64,000 nt of DNA from contig OY970342.1 of the NCBI GenBank assembly GCA_963717505.1, forward strand, positions 1,024,001-1,088,000, given 5' to 3'. The position numbers and the translations under genes were made by a program. Within the stretch, counting starts at the first letter, position 1; each line of letters begins with the position of its first letter. The notes beneath the pieces are model-generated. The model was not told the DNA's origin and searched no databases. It worked only from the letters and a program-made list of their open reading frames with translations. This document shows, piece by piece, positions 56,645 to 64,000 of the stretch. The DNA comes from Candidatus Eiseniibacteriota bacterium. GTDB lineage: Bacteria > Eisenbacteria > RBG-16-71-46.

Positions 56645-59118
56645 TCGACCGCGACCGACCGCGGGTCGAGCCAGTGAAGCCACGCGCCCGGTTCCGGCAT
56701 GTGCAGCGAGCGATCCACGGTCTCGCGCACCCAGTTGCCGACCAGGCGGTCGAGCCACGCCGGGCGCGGGCGGCGGTATTCCACGGGCTCGATCTTCTCG
56801 CCGGCGGGAATGCCGGCACGCTGCCGCGCGTCCGCGATGGCTGCCGTCAGCCCGCCGATCTCGTCGACCAGTCCGCGGCTCAGTGCATCTTCGCCCATCC
56901 ACACGCGGCCCTGCGCGACCGAATCCACCGCGGCCACCTGCAGTCCGCGACGCGCGGCGACCAGCGCCACGAACTCGTCGTGTTCACGCCGGACCGCCGA
57001 ATCGGCGGCCGCCTGCGCTCGCTCGTCCCAGTCGTGGCCGGTCGACCAGTAGCGCATGTAGTCGCCACGGTCGAAGTCGTCCTGCCGCACGTCGTGCTGG
57101 CGGTTCCAGCCCTCGAACGAGTAGCGCACGGTGAGCACGCCGATCGAGCCGGTACGGGTGAAACGGTCGGCGAAGATGCGATCGGCCGGCAACGAGATGT
57201 GATAGCCGCCGCTCGCGGCGACGCTGCCCATGGACACCACCAGGGGTTTGCCGGTCTCGCGCTTCATCCGATCGAGCGCGTGATAGATGTGGTCGGCGGC
57301 GATGCTGGCGCCACCCGGGCTGTCGACCCTGAGGACCACGGCCTCGACTTCTGGGTTGCGATACGCGGCTTCGATCTGACGGCTGAGCGTCGCTGAGCCG
57401 ACGAACGGGCCGACCAGCAGGTCGTTGCCGCTCGAACCGCTCTCGACCCCGCCGCTCGCGTACACGACGGCGAGCCGGGTCGGCACCATCCACTCGCGGC
57501 GCTCCTCGCGCACCGTGCGCAGGTCCGCCGTCCGCGGCTTGCCCTTCATGCCCGACCGTTCTCCGAGCAGCCGCAGGGCGTCGTCGCGGTAGCCGATCGC
57601 GTCCACCACCCCGAGCTTTACGAGGTCGCTCGCTCGCCACGAACGGCCATCCAGCACTTCGAGCAGCTGTGCCGGCGGAATGCCGCGATCCGCGGAGACC
57701 GAGGTCACGAACAGATCCTGCGCCACGTCCAGCACGCGTTCGATGGATTCGCGATCGGCGGCAGTCGTCGAGTCGGCGCTGAAGTTCCGGTACGCGGACT
57801 TGTAGCGGCCATACGAGGCGCGGTCGATGCGCACGCCCCAGTCGGCCAGGGCCTCCCGGTAGTAGCGGGTCTCGGCATGAAGGCCGAGCCCCGCGAAGAA
57901 CGCCTCGGGCGGGGTCACGATCAGGTCGCACGCAGCGGCCAGGTAGAGGTCGGCGCGCCGGCCGCCGAATTCGAGATAGGCGACCACCGGCTTGCCCGCG
58001 TTGCGCAGCTCGCGGATCCGCGGCCGCAACTCCTCGACCTGGGCCATGCCCGAGATTCCGGTCAGGTGCAGGAGCACGCCCCGCGTCGAGGGGTCGGTGA
58101 GGGCTCGCTCGAGCTGGGTGTGCAGCGGTTTCGCCGGCGTGCGCCGGTCGGCGCCGAACACCGAGAAACCGGCGAGCGCGTCATCACCAAGCGCGCCACC
58201 GGCGCGAATCACCGCCACCCGATGATTCGCGCGCGTCGAGAACGTGGTGCGGTTCTCGCTCCCACTGACCACGGCGGTGTAGGTGTTGCGCGCCGGACAG
58301 TCGTCGCACTCGGCACGATGAGCGCCCAGACCAAAGTGCGGGCCGAGCACCTGGAGCCCGAAACGCAGCTCGCCGTCGCCCCCGAAGGCGCCCTGGAGCG
58401 CCACGCCCTGCGTCAGCTCCAGCTCGCCGCCCACCCGCCAGCGGGGATCGTTGAGCCGGCCGGCTTCGTTCCACGCCAGGTCACCGGTCACGGTCAGTCG
58501 CGTGCCGAGCGTGTGCGCGCTGCCGCGCGCGCCGGCCAGCGGACGGATGCCCAGACCTGCGACGTACTCGCGCCGCAGCACGGCGCCGCCGAGTTTCGGC
58601 TGCATGACGTGGTCGACGACCCCGGCCAGGGACATCCAGGGGCGCGAGCGCGACAGGAAGCCGAAACGCCAGTCGCCGGTGTGATCGTCGTTGCGCGCTT
58701 CCGGGGTCGCGTCGAGCGGCAGCCCGGCTTCGTAGACCGAAGTGTTGAGCGAGGTCCAGGTGCTGCCCATGCGGAACCGGCTCTTGCCACCGGCCGCCGA
58801 CATACCCCACGACAGCTTGCCGCCCTCGACCATCGCGGCTTGCGCCGCGACGTTCGGTCCCGAGATCACGGCTCGGTACCACGCCTCGCGTTCGTCGGCC
58901 TTCTCCGAATAGATGAACGCGTAACCGCCCCCGTGGCGCACACCGCCCACCGCGGGATTCACGAAGTAGCCGGCGGCGTCGTCGGCCGAGGTCACGCTGC
59001 TGAGCGCGTAGGGCATGGCATCGAACACGGATTGCGCCGCGACCGGCGCCACGAACAACAATCCGGCGACGGCCGTCCCGAGGACCGCCGCCCCGGTTGC
59101 GCGTCGAATGGAACCCAT
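56641..59118 (-). CDS. sppA: Signal peptide peptidase SppA (tandem S49 domains) with N-terminal beta-barrel-like domain
   Basis: GKPVVAY, LYLAAACD, GRYKSA, LRVDSPGG, VSMGSVAASGGY, TGSIGV, QGRVWMG..A...GLVDEIGG. Confidence 0.9.
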   Translation of the reverse strand: MGSIRRATGAAVLGTAVAGLLFVAPVAAQSVFDAMPYALSSVTSADDAAGYFVNPAVGGVRHGGGYAFIYSEKADEREAWYRAVISGPNVAAQAAMVEGGKLSWGMSAAGGKSRFRMGSTWTSLNTSVYEAGLPLDATPEARNDDHTGDWRFGFLSRSRPWMSLAGVVDHVMQPKLGGAVLRREYVAGLGIRPLAGARGSAHTLGTRLTVTGDLAWNEAGRLNDPRWRVGGELELTQGVALQGAFGGDGELRFGLQVLGPHFGLGAHRAECDDCPARNTYTAVVSGSENRTTFSTRANHRVAVIRAGGALGDDALAGFSVFGADRRTPAKPLHTQLERALTDPSTRGVLLHLTGISGMAQVEELRPRIRELRNAGKPVVAYLEFGGRRADLYLAAACDLIVTPPEAFFAGLGLHAETRYYREALADWGVRIDRASYGRYKSAYRNFSADSTTAADRESIERVLDVAQDLFVTSVSADRGIPPAQLLEVLDGRSWRASDLVKLGVVDAIGYRDDALRLLGERSGMKGKPRTADLRTVREERREWMVPTRLAVVYASGGVESGSSGNDLLVGPFVGSATLSRQIEAAYRNPEVEAVVLRVDSPGGASIAADHIYHALDRMKRETGKPLVVSMGSVAASGGYHISLPADRIFADRFTRTGSIGVLTVRYSFEGWNRQHDVRQDDFDRGDYMRYWSTGHDWDERAQAAADSAVRREHDEFVALVAARRGLQVAAVDSVAQGRVWMGEDALSRGLVDEIGGLTAAIADARQRAGIPAGEKIEPVEYRRPRPAWLDRLVGNWVRETVDRSLHMPEPGAWLHWLDPRSVAVE

Positions 59119-59123
59119 CGTGT

Positions 59124-60002
59124 TCACGCCGAGCGACTCACGCCCTTGCGCGGGCATTGCGGCAGTACCGGGCACACCGAACAGCGGGGCGTGCGCGCCA
59201 CGCAGACGTTGCGTCCATGCAGGATCAACCAGTGAGAGAACATGGTCCAGCGCTCCTTCGGCACGATGGGCATCAACGCGAATTCGATCTTGACCGCGTC
59301 GCGTTCGCGGGTGAATCCGAGTCGGTGGGACAGCCGGGTCACGTGGGTGTCGACGACGATTCCGGGAATGCCGTAGGCGTTCCCGAGCACGACGTTCGCG
59401 GTCTTGCGGCCGACGCCGCGTAGCTTGACCAGCTCCTCGAGCACCCGCGGCACCTGGCCGCCATGCAGCGCGACGATGTCGGCGCAACACTCGCGGATGG
59501 CGCGCGCCTTCATCCGGTAGAAGCCGGTGGATCGGATCATCGCCTCCAGCTCGGCCGGATCGCTGGCGGCGAACGCCGCCGCGTCCTGGTACCGCGCGAA
59601 CAGCCCGGGCGTCACCTGGTTGACCCGGACGTCGGTGCACTGCGCGGACAGAATCGTCGCGATCAGCAGCTCGAGCGGCGAGGTGAAGTGGAGCGCGCAA
59701 CGAGCATCGGGATAGGAGCGATCGAGGATCTCGAGGATTGCCTGAACGCGCTCCGGATCGGGGGTCGCGCCGCGACGCACGCGGCTTCCCGCCCGTCGCG
59801 AACCCGCTGGGTTCCGCCGCGGCCGCGGCAAAGACGTGCGCGGCGTGCCGTGAGCGCCATTGGTCGCGGGCGACGAGGTGCGCCGGGCCCGACCGCTCGC
59901 GGCCGCCCGTTTCTTGCGCGGTGAAACCGGCGAGCGACCCGAAGCCGGCACGCGCGGCGCCGCCTTGGACTTACGCCTCGCTCGCGGGGACTGACGGGCC
60001 AT
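59124..60002 (-). CDS. nth: Endonuclease III with basic low-complexity N-terminal extension
   Basis: LLIATILSAQCTD, GFYRMKA, LRGVGRKTANVVL, VDTHV, HGR.VC-x6-C-x2-C-x5-C. Start ATG 60002 is inferred. Confidence 0.93.
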   Translation of the reverse strand: MARQSPRARRKSKAAPRVPASGRSPVSPRKKRAAASGRARRTSSPATNGAHGTPRTSLPRPRRNPAGSRRAGSRVRRGATPDPERVQAILEILDRSYPDARCALHFTSPLELLIATILSAQCTDVRVNQVTPGLFARYQDAAAFAASDPAELEAMIRSTGFYRMKARAIRECCADIVALHGGQVPRVLEELVKLRGVGRKTANVVLGNAYGIPGIVVDTHVTRLSHRLGFTRERDAVKIEFALMPIVPKERWTMFSHWLILHGRNVCVARTPRCSVCPVLPQCPRKGVSRSA

Positions 60003-60073
60003 GCGCGACAGCCTATAGGCCGCTCGCGCGAGCGGCAAGCCCCGGCCGCGTGTTGCGCGCGTTGCGGTCGGGG

Positions 60074-60901
60074 TCAGCTCCCGAAGCGCAGTCCGAATCG
60101 GGCGCCGATGTCGTCGCCGTCGGCGATCTCGTGGTAGCGCGTCCCGTTCTCGTCTTCCACGGTGCGGCCCAGATTGGCTTCGGTACGGAACACTTCGCCG
60201 ATCAGCCGCAGCGAAGGACCGAAACGCAGGGTCAGACCGCCCCACGCCTGCCAGCCCCAGCCGTCGTACATCGCGTCGAACTTGGCGCCGGTGTTGTCTT
60301 CGGCGTCGAGAAACAACATGTGCCAACCGCCGCCGACACCGGCGTGCGGGCTCAAGCCCAGCGACGGCGCGAGCGTGAACTCGATGTAGGCCTGGACCGG
60401 AATCCGCTGCGCAGTCACGTGCGAGAGTTCCTCGACGCGAGTGGTGGTGCCACCGCCCGGAATCGGCTCGCCCGGAATCGACGCCGTGTTGCGCTGCACG
60501 CGGTAGATCCAGTCGGCGGTGACACCGAGCTGAACGTGTGGTTCCGGGACGAAGCCGAGGCGCGCGCCGGCGAGGAATCCGCGCTCGGTCTGCTCGTTGT
60601 GTTCGGAGAAACCGCCGTGCACCTGGAAGATGCTGGTCGGCGACGTCGATTCGCTGGCGGATGCCGACGGCGAAGGCGAGGGCTCGGGCGACCGCGCCGG
60701 CGGTCGTGACGAGGGCCGCGGGCGCCAGGTGATGGCCTCGAGCACCAGGGGATTCGGGTGCGCCGGCAGTGCTTGCACCTCGGGCGTGACCGAAACCAGG
60801 TCGATGTCCGACGTGAATCCATTCGCGGCGGCGGGCAGTGAGGTCGTGGCGAGAATCGTCACGGAGGCGGCCGCGGCGAGGGTGACGGACAGGGTGTTCA
60901 T
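60074..60901 (-). CDS. Outer-membrane beta-barrel protein
   Basis: AGGAG RBS; signal peptide, Pro/Ser linker, SPHAGVGGG, terminal ARFGLRF strand. Confidence 0.8.
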   Translation of the reverse strand: MNTLSVTLAAAASVTILATTSLPAAANGFTSDIDLVSVTPEVQALPAHPNPLVLEAITWRPRPSSRPPARSPEPSPSPSASASESTSPTSIFQVHGGFSEHNEQTERGFLAGARLGFVPEPHVQLGVTADWIYRVQRNTASIPGEPIPGGGTTTRVEELSHVTAQRIPVQAYIEFTLAPSLGLSPHAGVGGGWHMLFLDAEDNTGAKFDAMYDGWGWQAWGGLTLRFGPSLRLIGEVFRTEANLGRTVEDENGTRYHEIADGDDIGARFGLRFGS

Positions 60902-61066
60902 GGCGTTCTCCTGCGGGGGCGGACGGCCCGCCCCGGGGTCTGGGGACACGTCGATTATGGCACTCCAATGCCCGTTTCGTGCCAGAGATTTGTGTCGGTT
61001 CGGTGGGAAAACGCCGGTCTTTTCGCGGTCGCGACCGGCCCCCGGCGTCCCCGGGCGGGCCGGCCG

Positions 61067-61096
61067 TTGCGGGTCCGCCGCAGTGCGTGCTAGCGT
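61067..61096 (+). promoter_or_regulatory. Sigma70-type promoter with extended -10
   Basis: TTGCGG-N18-TAGCGT with TG at 61088-61089. Confidence 0.45.
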
Positions 61097-61108
61097 GCCG
61101 CACCCCGC

Positions 61109-62053
61109 GTGAATCGCGCTCAGGCCCGTCGGAAAACAAGTTCCCACCGCGTGGCCCAACGGCGCCGGGCTCACCACGAGGCGATTCCCATCCGCTCGCG
61201 ACTGCCAAGAATACTGACTGCCGTCGCCGCGCTGTTCCTGGCGCTCGGCGCGCCCTCGGCAGCCCCGCAGTCCCGGCCGTCCCCCGGGCCAACCGTCGCG
61301 TCCGAGGACACCATGTCGACCGAGGTCGCCGAGGTCCTGGTGCGCGCCCCACGCATCACCCTGGACGAGATCCTCGACCGCGTTGCGCGCGGCGAGACCC
61401 GCCGCGACTCCCTGCTCGCCGATCAGGCGTTCACCGCCACCTTCCGCGTCGTCTCGGGCGTCGAGAAGGAGAAGGGCGGCGAGGTGCTCAACGAGCGCGT
61501 GTTGCGCGTCTACAAGAAGCGCCCGAATCGCGTGCGCGTCATCGTCCTGCGCGAGTACGACCGCGAACCCGGACGCAACAGCGGCGGCAACGTTCGCTTC
61601 CGCGGCGGCATGGACGAACAGATCGTGAACTTCGCGTTCCGCCCCGAAGCGCGGCGGACCTATCGCTATCGCATCGTGGGCCGGGACTTCGTCGGCGGCC
61701 ACCTGGTCTACCGCATCGAATTCGAGCCGCGCTCGACGCTCGACCCGAGCGAGCCGAGTGGCACGGTGTGGGTGGACACCAACGAGTTCGTGATCGTTCG
61801 ACAGGAAGTGCGCTTCGAGCGCTCGCCGGTGCCGCTGTTCCTGCGCGATGTGCGCAAGATGGTGATCGAGCGCAACAAGTTCGACGACCATTGGGTGCTG
61901 CATCGCGTACTGCTGCGCATCGAGGGCACGTTCCCGTTCCCGAAGATCGGCCGAGTTTTCGACGTCGCCATTCGATTCGACGGCTATCAGATCAATCAGG
62001 GCCTCCCGGATTCGCTGTTCACGGGAACGACCGCGGACGAGGACGACGATTGA
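61109..62053 (+). CDS. Exported protein with a LolA-like/DUF5686 N-terminal-like beta-sheet domain
   Basis: Signal peptide; YRYRIVG...VYRIEFEP...GTVWVD...IVR pattern. Start uncertain (61109 or 61151). Confidence 0.78.
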   Translation: MNRAQARRKTSSHRVAQRRRAHHEAIPIRSRLPRILTAVAALFLALGAPSAAPQSRPSPGPTVASEDTMSTEVAEVLVRAPRITLDEILDRVARGETRRDSLLADQAFTATFRVVSGVEKEKGGEVLNERVLRVYKKRPNRVRVIVLREYDREPGRNSGGNVRFRGGMDEQIVNFAFRPEARRTYRYRIVGRDFVGGHLVYRIEFEPRSTLDPSEPSGTVWVDTNEFVIVRQEVRFERSPVPLFLRDVRKMVIERNKFDDHWVLHRVLLRIEGTFPFPKIGRVFDVAIRFDGYQINQGLPDSLFTGTTADEDDD

Positions 62054-63396
62054 GCCGGATACTCGGTATGGCGTTGCTCGCCCTGGTCGCGAGCTCCCCG
62101 GCGTTCGCGCAAGCACCGACCGCGCCGCCGCCGGCACCCGCGCCGGCCGACTCGGCGTTCCATGAATTCCTGCGCCAGCTCTCGGATTCGACCTCGCAGT
62201 ATTTCGGGCGTTCGGCGCAACCGATCGACACCACTGGACTCGACAGTGTCCTCGCTCGCCGGCTGGCCGGCATCGAGATCGACCGGCCGTTTCCCCGGCC
62301 GTCGATCACCCCAGACTTCCGCTTCAACCGCGTTGACGGCCCGGTCTACGGACTCGCGGTCGGCATTGGCGAGCGCCGCTGGAGCGGCGAGGTCTCGGCC
62401 CACGTCGACTATGCGGCCGGGCCCAACGAATGGCTGTGGCGCACGCGCTACGAGAAGGCCTTCGGCCGGCGCGGGCGCGAATGGGAGGTCGATGCGCTCG
62501 GCGGCAAGATGACGCTCAGCATGGATCGCGAGCGTGAGAGCCGTCGGCTCGCCACGCTACGGGCACTGGTCTTCGGCACCGATTCCCAGAACTACCTGCG
62601 GCAGGCTGGCTGGACTCTGGCGGTGCGCAAGGTGCATCCGGTCGCCACCTTGGGCGTCCGCTACCGCGACAATGTCGACAAGCCGCTGGCCACGACCACG
62701 AGCTGGAACCTGCTCGACAACGATTTGCGCCGGTTCGACAACCTGCAGGCGAGCTACGGTCGCGTGCACGAAATAGAATTCGCGGCGGTGGCCGACGCTG
62801 CGCCGGTGGCGCCGATCCACGCCGAGCTGATCCACCAGACGTCGGGGAACACGATCGGCAGCGACTTCGAGTATCGACGGACGCGGGTTGCGCTCTCGGG
62901 GAACGTCGGCGTCGGGCGGTCGTGGTCGTTCGTGCCGCAGGCCGCATACGGCCGACTCAACGGCAACCCGATCCCTCAGGCCGCGTTCTTTCTCGGCGGC
63001 TCGCGCAGCATGCGCAGTCTGTCGAGCGGCGATCGCGCCGGCACCTCATTCACGTTCGGGCGCCTCGAGTTCATCGGCACGCGCGACATCCTCGAGGTGC
63101 TGCGCATCCCGCACCCGGCGTTCCTTCCGCTCCAGCTCGACGTGTTCACCGGCGCGGGCGCGGTGTGGGGTGAGGATCCCTACGGCGGCCCGCCTCGCGG
63201 CGGCGTCGACTTGCCCGATTCCGAGCACTGGGTGAGCGAGGCCGGCTTTGCGATCGCCTATCAGCCGGGCTTCCCCGATCCGCTCATGCTGTTGCGGGCG
63301 ACCTACGCGTTAGCACTCGGCCCCGACCGCGAGGAGAATCGGTTCTCGATCACGCTGTCGAGCGCACTCGACGCGCTGCGCACGTTCGCGCCGTAG
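62050..63396 (+). CDS. Outer-membrane beta-barrel protein (DUF5686/Omp85-like barrel)
   Basis: TTGA overlap; signal peptide; FRFNRVDG, FFLGGSRSMRS (Omp85 loop-6-like), SEAGFAI strands. Alternative start ATG 62068. Confidence 0.78.
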   Translation: MSRILGMALLALVASSPAFAQAPTAPPPAPAPADSAFHEFLRQLSDSTSQYFGRSAQPIDTTGLDSVLARRLAGIEIDRPFPRPSITPDFRFNRVDGPVYGLAVGIGERRWSGEVSAHVDYAAGPNEWLWRTRYEKAFGRRGREWEVDALGGKMTLSMDRERESRRLATLRALVFGTDSQNYLRQAGWTLAVRKVHPVATLGVRYRDNVDKPLATTTSWNLLDNDLRRFDNLQASYGRVHEIEFAAVADAAPVAPIHAELIHQTSGNTIGSDFEYRRTRVALSGNVGVGRSWSFVPQAAYGRLNGNPIPQAAFFLGGSRSMRSLSSGDRAGTSFTFGRLEFIGTRDILEVLRIPHPAFLPLQLDVFTGAGAVWGEDPYGGPPRGGVDLPDSEHWVSEAGFAIAYQPGFPDPLMLLRATYALALGPDREENRFSITLSSALDALRTFAP

Positions 63397-63440
63397 GCGG
63401 ATCTGCGCGCCCGCGCCGCGCCGGACTTCAACGAGAAGTC

Positions 63441-63477
63441 GAAAAACAGAACCCCCGGTGGATTGCTCCACCGGGGG
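63441..63477 (-). terminator. Rho-independent terminator
   Basis: Minus strand CCCCCGGTGGA-GCAA-TCCACCGGGGG followed by TTCTGTTTTT. Confidence 0.85.
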
Positions 63478-63574
63478 CCGTGAGCCCGCGCCGCACTCTC
63501 CCTTGCCCTGGCGTTGATCGAGCCGGCACGACGCTCAACTTCTCCCCGCGGACTGACCCGCGGGTTCTGCTCAT

Positions 63575-63889
63575 TCAGCAGCCGCGACGGTTGTGCTTGA
63601 GGCGGCGGATCGCCTGACTCTCGCGATCCTGGAGCCGCTCGAGCCGAGCCCGCTCGCGGGCGTTGACCGTGCCGTTGAACTCGGCGCGCCGCTCGACGCG
63701 GCGGAGCTGGCGCTGACCGGCCCGCAGTCGGTGGATCTCGCCGCGGGTCAACTCGCCGCTGCGAACGCCCTGCTGAATGCGCGCGTGTTGGCGAACCTGA
63801 CGCGCATCGACGCGCGGGGTGGCGGAAGCGATGCTGGCGAATGCCGCCAGCGCGAGAGCGGCGACGAGCATGGCCGACAGGCGCTTCAT
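63575..63889 (-). CDS. Small secreted Arg-rich helical protein
   Basis: GAGGAGG RBS; signal peptide ASA-SA; RQ..RI.QGVRSGELT..E..RL repeat and terminal KHN. Confidence 0.85.
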   Translation of the reverse strand: MKRLSAMLVAALALAAFASIASATPRVDARQVRQHARIQQGVRSGELTRGEIHRLRAGQRQLRRVERRAEFNGTVNARERARLERLQDRESQAIRRLKHNRRGC

Positions 63890-64000
63890 GATGTCCTCCT
63901 CGATTCGGGGGCGGGGATCGCGTGATGCGGTCCCCGTGTTCGTCTCGGAGGAAATGCAGCACCCGTGCCGTCGAGGGCCGTGTGACCTAAAGTGTTCGGG

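Noticed and set aside
63530-63580. Gly-Cys-TGA followed by a hairpin (CCCGCGG/CCGCGGG) as a possible second selenoprotein
   Set aside because: The protein ends naturally after KHN, has no redox fold, and the read-through sequence is not protein-like; more likely a 3'-UTR hairpin.

Overview
High-GC (about 70% by eye) chromosomal window from a diderm bacterium. Secreted proteins carrying FlgD-Ig/T9SS-like C-terminal tails and a 'TWGxVK' terminus suggest an FCB-related candidate phylum such as Ca. Eisenbacteria (inference only). About 50 CDS can be supported: DNA repair (Ada-AlkA, ogt, nth, YhaO/YhaN), arginase, thiol-redox genes (DsbD, YyaL, lipoprotein MsrA), metal handling (P1B-4 ATPase, mgtE, HupE/UreJ, TonB receptor), a NarL-type two-component system and many envelope proteins. 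No rRNA, tRNA, CRISPR array, integrase or transposase was recognised. Seven clear frameshifts are all +1 insertions and are probably long-read consensus errors. Main findings: (1) a stand-alone PrdB/GrdB-like selenoprotein missed by the ORF track (in-frame TGA in UxxC plus a well-formed SECIS hairpin), 11 bp downstream of a secreted beta-propeller/di-heme cytochrome c gene and upstream of a P1B-4 ATPase; (2) two paralogous small secreted-peptide genes with matching 43-aa leaders, a repeated 14-aa core flanked by basic sites, and shared upstream DNA/RNA motifs; (3) a membrane PP2C phosphatase with tandem YxGPERR motifs resembling the Cle c-di-GMP binding region, in an operon with an Mre11/Rad50-like pair; (4) a signal peptide joined directly to half a sorting domain behind a multi-hairpin leader; (5) a 153-nt rod-shaped inverted-repeat element; (6) a low-GC orphan PD-(D/E)XK-like gene.
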